Assembly (NCBI GenBank): GCA_964016885.1
Contig: CAXHJY010000134.1
Span: forward strand, 1-64,000
DNA: 64,000 nt
Reading direction: 5' to 3'
Source: Eledone cirrhosa
Lineage: Eukaryota
Shown: positions 1 to 12,578 of the stretch, in pieces
Position numbering within the stretch: position 1 is the stretch's first letter
Layout of the letters: the number at the start of each line of letters is the position of its first letter
The notes under the pieces: generated by a model
Told to the model about the DNA's origin: nothing
What the model saw: the letters and a program-made list of their open reading frames with translations, nothing else
Database searches by the model: none
Made by a program: the position numbers and the translations under genes

Positions 1-1362
1 GAAAATGTCTAATTTTGAACACACGTAAAAGAAAAAGATGGAAAACTAGACAATACCTCAGATAATGGCAAAAAGAAAACTACAAATTGATACGGTAATT
101 CCTGTAGAAGGCAACATCAGAATTTGGTTAGGTCAACTATTACAGCAATGTTTTCAGATCTCCTTTTTTTGGTCGACGTCATTGTTTTCAGATTCAGCCA
201 GCTCCGGAAAGGCAAAATTAACAGGGATAGTCATAGTGGATCCGCTGAGATTCGATTACCATTGTCTGTCCAGATTCGATCGAGTAGTTACCGCTAACAA
301 AATGTATGTACTCTTAAGAAGAGTTTTATTTCTTGCTCATTTTTTTGTCTGCCTCAATTTACACAGTAGTTTCAATGTTTATAGTTTTAACACGTCAGTA
401 TTAAATCTTAATAATAGAGATGTATTGCGTCGAGGAATTTTTTGAAAACTTTGTTCTTGCGTTTGATAGTAGTGTTGTTATGCGGAAATAAGTTGTTTCC
501 CCTCATATATGTTGTTGGTTAGACAACGGGTCTTCATACAATTCAGTATAGACTCACAGACTAAAATCTGACTTTTTGTAACAGGGATTATTGTATAGAT
601 AGACTTGCCGTTTAGATACTTTAAAATATCACCAAGACTATTTTAAAAAGTCTAATAAAAAAAAAAACAAGTATGTTTATAATTCATATATACGGAAAAT
701 AGTTTAATAAAGATATAATTAAAATATTTTAGAGAATACAGCAATTTTTGTTCTTAAATGTTTAAAATGCATTTTCCAGTTTCAACATATGAACTCAGAT
801 CAAGTACATTTTTTATTTAGAATAAAGAAACTTTGTAGAAATAGTTTTTTGTTTCATGCTACGTCGGAATATCAAAGGTCATGTGACTACAAGTAAAAAC
901 AAATAATAATCATTCAATCAGCAAGATGAAAAAGAATTATAAGTGAATGTGTAGTGGGTAGCACTTTGTCCCCGTCTCCGTTCGGATACAGAGGGTCATG
1001 TGATAACAATAATAGTGGCCATAGTAGTTATAATAGTTCCGTTACCAAAATGACCAAGTATGTTACTCGCGCCACTATAGGTCTTCGCAAATGTTTCTTG
1101 CTAGAGTTTATTTTTGAATAATATATTTTATTTATTTATTCGTCGTAGTATCTGTCTTGTGGTGGGGTCTCGTAATTGTTGGTGATGAACTGTCATTTTG
1201 TTTCTGAGGGTGAATTTGGTTTGCCTTATGTAATCTTCGTTATATCCTTTAGCATATATTAAATTTTGGGGTGACAGGTAAAATGATTTTTAGTATTATT
1301 ATAGAACACTCCACTCGATTTCAGTGGGAAAAAAATGTTCTTTCTCGTTTTTATCGTGTGCC

Positions 1363-1899
1363 TTTTCCACAGAGAACGGAGGGGTGGGTGGGTGGGTCCT
1401 CCCTCGAAGTTTTCTCTACGACTTTTTTTTTTTTTTTTTTTTTGCGTGTTATCAACGAGTAGGACCTCCAAACCAGTCATAGGGTGAAAGGGCGCGAAAA
1501 GACCATCGGAGTTTCGCAGATCTTTGCACCTCGTGGGGAATAATCATCTTCCTTGGTTTTTTTTTGGTTTTTTGTTTGTTTGTTTTTTCTGAACCTCTTG
1601 GATACTTGCAATCAACTTTTTTTCCAGGGTTAGGTTAAGGTTTAGGGTTAGTTTTAGGGTTGAGGTTAGGTTTAGGATTAAGGTTTTCGTTTGCAAGCTG
1701 ATTGCAAGCATCTAAAAGGTTAAAAAAAAAAAAAGGAAATATATTTTTTTTCACATAATGTAACTCTGATGGTCTTTTCGCACCCTTTCACCCTACGACT
1801 GGTTTGGAGGTAGTACTCGTTGAAAGCCCGCGGAAAGAAAAAGTAGGAAAAACTCTGAGGATGGGGACCCACCCACCTCCTCCGTTCTCTGGGGGGAAA
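1363..1899. mobile_element. Foldback/MITE-like element with long degenerate inverted arms around a telomere-like TTAGG(G) core
   Basis: The left arm (ttttccacagagaacggagg...ggacctccaaaccagtcatagggtgaaagggcgcgaaaagaccatc) is the reverse complement of 1766-1899 (gatggtcttttcgcaccctttcaccctacgactggtttggagg...cctccgttctctggggggaaa). The centre, 1626-1685, is degenerate ttagg/ttaggg repeats. Confidence 0.7.
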
Positions 1900-2135
1900 T
1901 CCGTTGCCAGAATCTTGGAGGTTAGATTAGTTGATAGCAAATCGCTGCTGACAGTAATGCCCAGGTCACGTTCACAAGAAGACTACTTGATATTAGTGTT
2001 GTGGAGGGAGTATGTGGACGCTGGGATTTTACTCCCAAAATGCATGGTGGTACACTTGTCCACAGCCAACTTGAGTTGCCAGTCCGTGATCCATTGTTGC
2101 ATTGTGTCCAGATCAGATTGCAGGCAAGATCTGTA
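1900..2135 (-). pseudogene. CR1/L2-like LINE reverse transcriptase fragment (distal RT)
   Basis: ORF 1983-2258 contains LQSDLDTMQQWITDWQLKLAVDKCTTMHFG, followed after a stop by ERDLGITVSSDL. This is a typical CR1-clade post-YADD region. Confidence 0.75.
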
Positions 2136-2279
2136 GTTTTCAGGATCTGTCCTTTTTATCTCAAGTTTAAATACAATTATTGCTAGGTACCTTATAAATA
2201 TAATACACAAAAATATATAATGAAAGCGAGAGAAAAAAACAGCTACAAAAAAACTCATCTATTTAACACTAAGGGTCAT

Positions 2280-3600
2280 TGGAAATTTTTTAGGCAAGCC
2301 AACACGCTCGCAGCCTTACCGCGGGTGATGGCAAGACTAAGGCAGGAGAAACAACCAAGCACCCTCACGGGCATCACCGGATATCTCGGTAAGGCAAGCC
2401 GCTAACGATGACAAGAACTTTGTTGTCAGCGTATTAGCTCAACCAAACGTCTCGAACGCTAGTCTGGAAAAAATAGTTAGTCGATGATTTCCGGTATTTT
2501 AGGATTTTATTCCGTTCGGCCTCGAAAACAGTAACCCTCACATTTACCGAGGCATCCAAGATGTGTGAGGGAGCAAAAGAGTCATTGTGGCGTTCCAGAT
2601 GAGACATCTACCTCTTACACAGGAACAAAGGGTAAGACTGTCTGGTCTCTTCTCATCAATTCTGGATAATCCAGCCGGCTCCAGAACTGAGGGGATATTT
2701 ACCCGAGTTAGGGCCCACATGATGATCAGGTTTAGCTTGGTATGGTGAGCGAAGCAAACCATGGAGGCCTGTGAAGTCAAGGGGCTTACCACAGCAACAT
2801 CTCAGACCCCAACAAATTTCAGCTCCCACTCTGAGTGCAATGGAAATGCGGAAATCGTCCAGACTGGAAAGACTACCAACGTTGGCCACAGGCAGGACAT
2901 CAACTCAGTCCCTCGAGAATTTTGCGCTTGCAGAAAATAGACGACACCTTGAAAATTGATCAGCTTAATCAGTAATTGGGGCTCTTCAAGGGAGCACCAC
3001 GCTGATAAGGGAAGAACTGAAATAAAGAGGAAGGAAATCTGTAAACAGGTTTAGTCTGCTGATGTGAAGTTGGATGGTTGAGGAGCCAAAGCTCACATTT
3101 GTAACTGTTTATGTGAAGGCCCCTACGACCAACTTCCTCAATCATCGTTCTCGCAGATGCAAGGACCTTATCTGGAGGACCCCCCACCCCAAACAAGCAT
3201 CATCAAGATACCAGACATTCAAATCCAGGTCAGCTCCCATCTTGATAATGTCATCGATATCCAATGCGAATAGGGCAGGTCCGAGCGGGTTACCCTGTTA
3301 GACACCCGAGGCAGCTAAGATGAAATGGCCACTAAAGGAGAGGTAGTAGGTTCCCGATAAGCTTTCCAAGCAAAGTAGTAGAGCTGTGGGGCCCACTCCC
3401 TTACTGAATGGAAGATGACATCACGAGTGATGGAATTGAAGGCGTTCCTGAGATCTAGTTTGAGGATAATATTTAGGATCTCTGAAGGTAAGCTTTAGTG
3501 GCAGCCTCACAACCTCGCTTGGTACTCACCCCTAGCTGAATAGGGGAAATTCGGCGGAAAGGCAGTCTGAGACTAAGGACATACACTTTATTCCATCAGC
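2280..3600 (-). mobile_element. Degenerate CRE-like non-LTR retrotransposon (RT, zinc knuckle, restriction-like endonuclease)
   Basis: Minus-strand fragments: KLDLRNAFNSI, QGNPLGPALF, YLDD, GLHINSYKCE, LRVGAEIC..CCCG..HGL, EPAGLSRIDEKRPDSLT..GRCLIW and C-terminal LSLAITRGKAASVL. Multiple stops and frameshifts. Confidence 0.75.
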
Positions 3601-5207
3601 ACTTCAACGGCACACAGACTCATCTGCCTCTTCATATAGACAACACAACTCACTTGCCACTGCGAGCTTACTACTACCTATGCTGGTAATGCTGTCTGAC
3701 TACAACTTGTCACTTTGAAATCGAATGTAACATACTAAACAAAAATTCTCCAGCACAACACAAGCCTTTTTGAGCACTGTATTCATTTGTGAATGCTACC
3801 ATCAAACTTTATATTATTATGAATCGAAGTAATCATACTCTTTATTTTTTGCTGAAATAAAGTTATATATCTAACTAAAATTATTGTATTTGTCATGTTT
3901 ATCATCCTCTTCAACAACAACCACTAACTTCGCTTCACAGAGGGCCTAGGTGTATCGTGCGTTGACATAGGAGTAGGGTGACCCTGGCTCACGTTCTCTC
4001 AGTTGTACCAGATATCTTTTGGCATTTGGAATGAATTCCCTCGGTACAGTAAGCGGAGCACCGTAGAAAATTTTCTCGGGAAAAGTTTTGAGGTCTCCCT
4101 TTTGGGGGCAGTGCGGATTTCTATGGAAACTGGTTGATCCAGTTGGGCCGGTTAAGTCTGGCTATGAGGGATTCCTTCAAGCGGCGGTGAAATGTCTCCA
4201 CTAAGCCGTTGGCCTGAGGGTGATAGGCTGTGGTATGTTTCATGTTGATTCCAAAAAGTTCACTCATGTCATTCCACAGCTTCGAGGAGAATTGAGGTCC
4301 GCGGTCAGATGAGATGCTGTTTGGAACTCCGAAACGGGCGACCCAGTTTGTAATAAAGGCGCGGGTAGTTTCTCGTGTTTCCATGTTGCGGAGAGGTATG
4401 GCCTCAAGTCAATGAGTGAAGCAGTCCACCATGGTCAGTAGATATGAGAAACAAAGCGAAGGTGGTAGGAGACCAACGATGTCAATGTTGACATAGCCAC
4501 CGCGATGTGCTTTGGTATGCTGATGAATTTCGGCTTGTTGGCAGGAGATACAAGTTTTGGTCTACTCCCCTAATCTGCTTGGTCATACCGTGCCAGACAA
4601 ATTTGTGTGACACCATACGCCTTGTGGCTCTGGTACCCGGGTGGGAGAGTCCGTGAATGATATCAAAAACGTTTTAGTGCCAGGCTAATAGGACAATTGG
4701 TCGTGGTTTCCCGGTGGATACATCGCAAATTAGGGTTGTTCCGTTGGAGCCGAAATGTATATCCAGAAAGGGAAGTGACAGCGATGCGGTAGGTCCTGGT
4801 ATCATCATCTGCTTGTTGAGCTACGGCCATAGCCTCATTGTGAAGACCTTCCGTTATTGAGGTTATGTAGGTGTCAGAGTGAATGGAGGCTCTAGACAGT
4901 GCATCAGTACTCTTTTTCTAGATATGTGCTGAATGTCTATTGTGTACTCAGAAATGGCTGGTAACTGTCACTGCTGACGTGCAGACAATGGCTCCGATAG
5001 CGAAAGTGAGTGGTTTATGGTCTGTGAACACTGAGACGATTCAATCTTCTAAGAAATAACGAAAGTGTTGGACATCTAAATGAGTAGCTAGCAGTTGCCT
5101 GTCAAAAGTACTATATTTCTGTTCAGGTTGTCATAGTTGTCGACTGAAGAAAGCTAGAGGTCATCACTGATCATTGGTGTACTGCTCCAAAACACCCCCA
5201 ATGGATG

Positions 5208-6574
5208 TATAGATAAGATGAGGGGTTAAATTTTATTTATATCCTTTTATAATTGCATGTTATCGGTCTTCGAAGGATCTTATTTTTATAAGCGATATAA
5301 GTGAAATACCTTAATCAAAGAGTTGGTAGCTTCTCATCGGTAGTAAATGATTCTGACTTCCAGGATATAAATAAATAGCTCTTTAACGCTCAATCCTCTA
5401 TAAATATAATTTTATTTGTCGAAAGGAATGTAGGAGTCATTTTACAATAAATCTTCACGCGTCCGTATCATCTCCTGGTCAGCTCGGTCTGTCTGGTCTC
5501 TTGAGTGTTGTCTGAGGTTTTTTTTACCAGAGAGCGAGAGTGAGATTGACCATGTACTCATACGCAACTTCCCATTGGTCAGTTTGACCTGTAGTGACCT
5601 ACATTCCGCGGGCTCACATACATTCTCTGTGCGTGATTTGGCTCAGCTCAGTCAATCAGCGCCAGTAGAAGAAGATGTATCCCTAGCACTTTCGGCAATA
5701 CATCTGGGAGGCCGACATTTTCTCGCCTACCCATCATCTTCTTGCCAGCACTGGTAAACTACCATAATAGCTTCATCCACAGCTACTGGTACAACACTTA
5801 CCATTAACATTTAATGCAAGAACAGCAACTTCGCCCATGTCAGACTTTATCCGTTTTCTGTTAGACCTTTAGTGGTCACTCACGTATAAACTACAAAACA
5901 GCTAGTCATTTGACACAGTGGCTCAACACAGCCCTTAGCGCCTCATTTTTTTTTCCTTGCATGCAGCCTTCTGCTCAATTATTTTTTCACTGATGTGCTC
6001 TTTCAGCATTTTTTCTTGCTGATTCAATAATCTGTATCGTCTTCCGTCTAGAGGGGGAGTATTGTAGTGACCTACATTCCGCGGGCTCACATTCATTCTC
6101 TGTGCTTGATTTGGCTCAGCTCAGCCAATCAGCGCCAGTAGAAGACGATGTATCCCTATGCGCCCTGAGGGAGAAATTCCCCGCGAAGATTTGAAGAATC
6201 TCTCTCTCGCCTCCTGAATCCCAAAGTGGTAACAACACCTGCGACCTTATCATGAGATGATTCCTCTCTCATTTTTCCTTCGCCACTCAAGAAGGATGCC
6301 ACCGGCAGCCTAAGAACCTAAGAAGATGTTAACACCTCCAAGAGAAGATCTCTCCTTTTCTCCACACACTTCAGCCTAGGAGTTGTGATCCACGGGTAAT
6401 GATTCATTTATATTAATCCCTTTGACTTCTGTGAAGTAAAAAACATTGTCACAACACACACTGGCATCTATTGTCTTTTCTAATAATTTTATATTTACAC
6501 CGATACTAATCTCCTAAATACCTTATTGCATATGAAAATGTTGCTATTGCGAGGTACGACGTAGTTCCACTACA
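5208..6574 (-). mobile_element. Solo LTR (same family as the 12870/15594 LTRs) with GATG target-site duplication
   Basis: Sequence matches the 437-bp LTRs at 12870 and 15594. GATG occurs at 5204-5207 and 6575-6578. It contains a nested insertion at 5590-6520. Confidence 0.85.
5590..6520 (+). mobile_element. Internally deleted LTR retroelement (second family) nested in the solo LTR
   Basis: A 95-bp LTR start (tgtagtgacctacattccgcgggctcac...) at 5590 is repeated at 6063, where it is preceded by the polypurine tract agagggggagt. The host LTR resumes at 6521. Confidence 0.7.
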
Positions 6575-6859
6575 GATGTATGAGAGGCATCCACTGTAAG
6601 TGTGCTTGACACTGACATATGAAGAGGGGAAAGCATGGTTGCTTTAGCGAGAGCTTTATTTGTGGATTCGAAGGCTGAGGTCATTGCACTGTCGCACTCT
6701 ACCCGTTTTTGTGAACTTTTTTTCCTGGTGGCGCTTTGTACAGCGGACTCATCAATCTTGCCATAGAGGGGATGAAACTATGATAAAAGTTTACCATACC
6801 TACAAATTAGTGCATAATCTCGCTTGTGGTGGGACGTGGAAAGAATAAGATGGCTTTCA

Positions 6860-8200
6860 CTTTCTCTGGTCGGGGTGAATTGGTCCAATTATAGAGCGTT
6901 CTTTTTGTTAAGTCTCCCCGGTAAAGGCTATGCTAAGTATCTGGCAAAGAGATGGAGGAGAATCCAAGGTAGTTAATGAACAGTATGGTTTTCGCCCCGG
7001 ACGTAGCACATCGGATCAAATATTCACACTAATGCAGGTGGGAGTAGTGTCAAGAGATGTATGCTTGCTTCGTAGACCTCAAAACGGCTTACGATTCCAT
7101 TCCATGGGGCTTGGTGTAGAAAGTTCTGCAGGAGTATGGGATCGATGGATAACTTCTTGTTGCCCTGATGTCTCTATACGAATGCCGTAGTATTTGTGTT
7201 CGGATAAATGATGCTAAATCAAAACCATTCAATGTGGGAGTCGGACGCCGCGAAGGGTGCGTACAGTCACAATTTCCGTTCATAAACATCATGAATTGGA
7301 TTGGCATGCGCAGCCGGGTTGCTAGTGGTATAATGAATAGTGAATGTAAGATCAGTCGGCGGGAGTTTGCAGATGACATGGTGTTACATAACTCGACAGA
7401 AGGTTGATTTCCTACTTGCACTCTATAGGTTTGCCGCTGAATGCTGCACAGTTGGAATGAAAATCAATGCTGCAAAGACTGAGACACTCGTCCTCTCGAG
7501 GAAGCTTGTGTAGTGCCCTCTACACGTGAGTGGAGTTCCACTGAAGTAGGTGGAAAAGTTCAAGTATCTCGGGGTCATGTTAATGAGTGATGGAAGGCAG
7601 GAGACTGAATTATGTGCAAGAATCACAGAAGTTGATGCAATAATGCGACAGCTTCAGCATTCGGTATCCTATAGGTCGACATAGACCAGCCAGTCTTGTG
7701 AGCTTCCTTAGCTTTAAGTAGTCACAAGGAAGGTAGGTGTCAAAGTCAAACTCGCTATCTTTAATTCGGTATTCGTGTCAACCCTTACTAATGGTAATGA
7801 ATCTTGGGTAAGGACCGGAAAAATACGATCGTATATAGAAGCGATCGAAGTGGGCTTCCTCCAAAGGTTCTTTCGAGTAACGTTACTCGATAGAGTATGT
7901 AACTTGGAGATCAGAGAACCGTTAATTCTCCAAATTAAGAGATCACAGCTCAGATACTATGAGCATGTGGTTAGAATGTTTCAGGAAAGAATTGCTCAGC
8001 AGATTTTTACGGGTAAAATCAACAGGCAGGAGACCCGGGAGTAAATCACGAGCAAAATGGTTGGATATCACCCTTGAACTTGGCTGGTCAAGCTGGACCC
8101 AGCCGGATCAATTAAAGATGGTTGCTTCGGACAAGAAAGAGTGTTTGCAGACTCTGCCCCAATGACCCTCCTAAGAATCATAACAACTAAAGGGAGATAG
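6860..8200 (+). mobile_element. Degenerate 5'-truncated RTE-clade LINE (RT)
   Basis: Fragments EQYGFRPGRSTSDQIFTL, FVDLKTAYDS, FADD, FKYLGV, TLTNGNESW and QLRYYEHVVRM, with many stops and frameshifts. Confidence 0.8.
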
Positions 8201-8794
8201 TCAAGAACGAGAAACCAGAGTTATTTCCCCTAGACGACGTTTGCTTTAAGATATTAATTATGTCAAAAAGAAACAAAAATAAGAATAGCCTATTCATTTA
8301 AAATCTGCTTTTCACACCACACCACACAATCAAGAAACGTTTCAAAATCAACAGTACATTTCCACAAAGGTGTATGGTTATAGTTATATCCTGTGCTTGA
8401 GATGTCTACCCTTTCTAAAAATTTCTATCCACTCAACTTTCCGATAGTTTATTTTCGATATATATATATATAATATTACTTCAAAATATTAATAAATATA
8501 GACATTCATGTGATCAAATATATTTTATTATACATATTTCAGAGGTACTGAGCTATTTCAACAGTACGTCCTCACCAGATAAAATAAGTTGATGCCTGAC
8601 TATGTTGATGGTTATAATTCAGTCATACCATTGATTAGTTATGACAAAACTCAATATTTATATACTTTAAGTTGAAACATGAAAAATTACATATAATACA
8701 GAGGGTGCGTATGAGAATGTGTATAAAGATATATAAATAACTAATAATATATAATACATAAACTTATATAACTGTTAAACATTTAAATAATAAT

Positions 8795-8970
8795 AATTTT
8801 TTCTACTTTAGGCACAAGGCCAACAATTACCAGTACATTACTGGTACTTTATTTTATCGACCCCATAAGGATGAAAGGCAAAGTCAACCTCGGCGGGATT
8901 TGAACTCAGATCGTAAAGGGACGTAACTATGCTGGAAAGCATGGCGTCCGACCCTCTACCGATACTGCCA
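8795..8970 (-). mobile_element. tRNA-derived SINE (octopus-like family); other copies at ~9210-9280(+, partial), 23032-23215, 23224-23304(+, partial), 34243-34415, 35630-35775, 40350-40512, 41372-41417 and 50470-50640
   Basis: The minus strand has an A-box-like tggcagtatcggtag and a B-box gagttcaaatccc, then a shared body (ctttcatccttacggggtcgataaaataaagtaccag) repeated many times in the window. Confidence 0.8.
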
Positions 8971-9400
8971 ATAATATATGCATACCTCATTATTGCAGAT
9001 AGTGGAAGTGAGAGATCGAGAAAGCAAATCACGAGGAAAAAGAGAAAAAGAAAGAGATTTGATCGTAGGAACAAAAGGAGGGAGAAATGATCAAATGATA
9101 GATAGAAGAAATTAAAATAAGTTTAATAGTATAAACAAAGGGAGGAAGATATGCATTGTAACGTATAAATAGCGTATAATTAGAGAGTATTATATGTAAT
9201 TTTTCATTACGGGGTCGATAAAATAAAGTACCAGTAATACACTGGGATAATTGCTGGCCTTGTGCCAAAAGTAGAAACAATTATATGTAATTTTTCATGT
9301 TTCAACTTAAAGTATATAAATATTGAGTTTTGTCATAACTAATCACTGCCATGACTGAATTATAACCATCAACATAGTCAAGGTATGTCAGGCATCAACT

Positions 9401-9466
9401 TATTTTATCTGATGAGGACGTACTGTTGAAATAGCTCAGTACCTCTGAAATATGTATAATAAAATA
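9401..9466 (+). ncRNA. Type I hammerhead ribozyme motif
   Basis: Stem I tattttat/ataaaata; core CTGATGA 9409-9415; stem II gtactg/cagtac; GAAA 9447-9450; short stem III; predicted AUA cleavage after 9458. Confidence 0.65.
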
Positions 9467-9608
9467 TATTTGATCACATGAATGTCTATATTTATTAATA
9501 TTTTGAAGTAATATTAATAACTCCAGAAAACCTTGTTGTAGAGTGCTTCTAATCTATTGTGAAACTTTATTCATTGATTAATTCATTGAACCTTGTTAAA
9601 CTTTTAAT

Positions 9609-9647
<39 letters not shown>

Positions 9648-9737
9648 TCGGAAAAGATTGTTTTGGTAAAAACAGGAGTAAGCAGGAAAAAGCCCTCAAC
9701 AATCGTTGTTTTAGTTACGATGGAGAATTTTATAAAA

Positions 9738-9921
9738 ATAATAAAATAAGATGCTGGGGTTACATATATCGTTTAATCATAATAATTATTTCTACGGTTC
9801 TCCTTGCAATCGAGATGTCCTTCATGCATTTGCTGTTGCATGAAGGACATCTCGATTGCATGGAGAACCGTAGAAACAATTATTATGATTAAACGATATA
9901 TGTAACCCCAGCATCTTATTT

Positions 9922-9927
<6 letters not shown>
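9738..9927. repeat. ~190-bp near-perfect palindrome adjoining (TA)n
   Basis: Arms of ~91 bp with about 2 mismatches around an 8-nt loop (tttgctgt, 9829-9836). Confidence 0.9.
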
Positions 9928-10007
<80 letters not shown>

Positions 10008-10012
<5 letters not shown>

Positions 10013-10780
10013 TGACGTAAAATAAGAAAATTATAAAAATTAACTTACTTACTAAAATTTTACTCCAACTAATTAGTTTCTGAAACGGAATAAACATGGT
10101 TTCCAAATGGAAAGCATGGAGAAGCCGTTTCGTCATCAGGAAGTCTGTTCTCGGCTAAGATACCTGGCGATGCGTGGACTCAGGGAACTTATACAAAAAT
10201 AATTCAGTGGATGGAAAAAAGTAAGCGTGGACTAAATTCCAAGACATTGAAAAAATCACTGCCTACTTGGTCGGTGGCAAATTCAAAAGAATCAATCACG
10301 TGACATCGGGGTTAATCAGTGAGGAGTGGGGTGTTAAAAAGACAGTAGCCAAGCCATTACTATGAACAATAATAGCAGTTTTGGCAAATTTTTGCTCAAC
10401 AAAATAATTTGGAGATAATTATAAAGAATTAGTATATCTACCAACATATATATACAGATGCATACCTATGCTAGCAAATATATAGGTTTTGTCTTAGTAA
10501 CTTTGTGGTTCAATGCAAGAGGATGCAGAACAATTATATGAATGACGTAAAATAAGAAAATGATAAAAATTAACTTACTTACTCAAATTTCACTCCAACT
10601 AATTAGTTTCTGAAAGGGAATAAACATGGTTTCCAAATGGAAAGCATGGATAAGCCGTTTCGTCATCAGGAAGACTGTTCTCAGCTAAGATACCTGGCGA
10701 TGCGTGGACACAGGGAACTTATACAAAAATAATTCAGTGGATGGAAAAAAGCAAGCGTGGACTAAATTCCAAGACATTGA
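10008..10780 (-). mobile_element. HHR-containing non-coding tandem element (530-bp unit plus partial second unit) in (TA)n; retrozyme/Penelope-pLTR-like
   Basis: Direct repeat with period 530 (10010 vs 10540), flanked by (TA)n. HHR folds at 10062-10144 and 10592-10674. Homologous to 26151-26972. Confidence 0.75.
10062..10144 (-). ncRNA. Type I hammerhead ribozyme with long stem II (second copy 10592-10674)
   Basis: Minus strand: acttc-CTGATGA-c-gaaacgg..catg-c-tttcca-tt-tggaaa-c-catg..ccgtttc-a-GAAA-ctaattag-TT-ggagt. Palindromic stem III; GUU triplet. Confidence 0.75.
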
Positions 10781-11339
10781 ATATATATATATATATATCA
10801 AGGCAACTTGTTCTAGTAGCTTTAAACCTGACCAATGCAATTGAAGGTAAACTAAAATCGATCATACTATTAGCAATGAAATGTTCCAACCTTGTGCATG
10901 AAGACCAATATCAACAAATAGAGAATGGGGGGAATTGACTCCTCAAGATGCATCTCTTAATGCATAAAATGAGCCTGAGAAATACTGGTTTCTTGTTTCT
11001 CAAGAAAAATATGGTGACATATAAGGCTACCCATCTAAGTTCATGATGCAATTTCTTTCATTGCCACGTACTTCAACAGCTACAGACAGGGTTTTATCCC
11101 TTCTCAACAACATAAAAACAAAAAATCGCAATGCTTTAAAAATACCAATATTTAATGTCCTGCTTATATCAAAGTCTCTGTTGCTAAATGTTAGTGACAT
11201 CCGCAACAGCAAACTTGTCTCAAACTGCAAGAAACTGGTGCAGCACGAAAAGTGTGAAAGAAAACATTTCTTTATAATTAAAATAAATAAAGTAAAAAAG
11301 TAAATGTAAAACAGTCTCATTTTTTAACATTTGTGGGGT

Positions 11340-11341
<2 letters not shown>

Positions 11342-11394
<53 letters not shown>

Positions 11395-11700
11395 CTGTTT
11401 AACGTCCATTTTCCTCGTTAGCATTGGTTAGACGAGTTGTCACATTGTGAGACAAGTCAGATCAGATGACCGTGCCTTGTTCATACAGAAATGTTTCTGG
11501 CTTGGGTTCTACAGCTGGATGTCCTTCCTAATGTCAACCACATTTACAGTGTGGACTAAGTACTTTTTATCGTGGCACCAAGACGATCACTTTACAGTGT
11601 GGACTGGGCCCTTTTTATCGTGGCTCCAACACCACTTTACAGTGTGGACTGGGCGCTTTTTGTCGTGGCACCAAAACGTTTACTTTACAGTGTTGACTGG
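11342..11700. mobile_element. SINE-like repeat with (CAT)n end and internal tandem subrepeats (actttacagtgtggactgg)
   Basis: (cat)n followed by gtttaacgtcc, an end motif that recurs at 24456 and 24722. Four ~48-bp subrepeats lie at 11543-11700. Confidence 0.55.
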
Positions 11701-12044
11701 AGGCTGGGATGGGGGTGTATGTCTGTAGGGTGGGGATTGAAGAGGTAGGTCTAAGTTGCGGCACTTAGCTAGTGAAGGGAGGAGTGTTATGACGTGGGCG
11801 AAGGGTGGTGTGTTATGACGTGGGGGAAGGTTTGTGTTTTATGGTGTGGGAGGTATATGGAAGGTTTTTTTGTATATGTTGGTGCTTTTAAAACAAAGTT
11901 TTGGTATTATTGAGAAAAGGGTTTCAGCAGCCCTGGTTGTGAACATATCACAGCTACTTCAGTAGCCGTGTGAGAAATTGAAACACTATCCTTCGAGATT
12001 TTTGTCGTCAGTAAAATCTATATAAACTCTTGCTTATTTTGTCC

Positions 12045-12445
12045 CATTACCGAATGAGCAAATGCCACTGAAGATGGATAAAAATCCTGAAACCTTAGTG
12101 ATAGGCGTTTTCACTCGGCTACATACCATAACAAGACTTATGTATGTTTATTGTACATACACACATATATGACTTCATATACACCTCTATATATTGAGCA
12201 TCTCCTTTCAATATTTCTTACGCAATAAAAGCATATAAGCTATGGCATATTCTGTTTCAGTACCGAGTGAGTAAATGTCACTGAAGACGAACACAAATCC
12301 TGAAACGCGTTTCTGTCATTCTCACGCAGTGACTGATAGATCTATGACATGACTACGGCTAAAATTTCCATAGCGAGACTCTTGTATGTTTATTATATGT
12401 AAACATATTGTATAAACCTTCATACAAACCTCTATTATAAACCAC
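12045..12445 (+). repeat. Diverged ~213-bp tandem dimer, each unit with an HHR-like core
   Basis: CTGAAGA-tggat/atcct-GAAA at 12068-12092 and CTGAAGA..GAAAcgcgttt at 12281-12312. The flanking sequences align between units. Confidence 0.55.
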
Positions 12446-12488
12446 GCTATGTTGGTGTTACTGCTAATACTTATATGAATATATATGA

Positions 12489-12578
<90 letters not shown>

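Larger units (their letters stand above)
3940..6800 (-). mobile_element. Degenerate Gypsy pol fragment (RNase H, integrase) interrupted by nested LTR insertions
   Basis: Integrase core ORF 4121-4384 (WVARFGVP..ISSDRGPQF..TTAYHPQANGLVE). The RNase H motif LTVDASHTS|IGGVLEQ is split exactly by the 5208-6574 insertion. Confidence 0.85.
8471..9516. repeat. Inverted pair of ~230-bp Penelope-type terminal repeats (8471-8697 and 9280-9516)
   Basis: Near-identical reverse-complement arms, each containing an HHR fold; the left copy has a mutated core (CTGGTGA). Confidence 0.8.

Noticed and set aside
65-445. 126-aa ORF as host gene
   Set aside because: No recognisable domain. Short minus-strand frames and possible splice signals nearby are too weak to call an exon.
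870-1090. Promoter suggested by two ggtcatgtga E-box-like motifs
   Set aside because: No linked gene or transcript evidence, and similar motifs occur inside repeats elsewhere in the window.
8890-8970. tRNA gene
   Set aside because: A/B-box-like motifs are present but there is no cloverleaf; it is the head of a multi-copy SINE.
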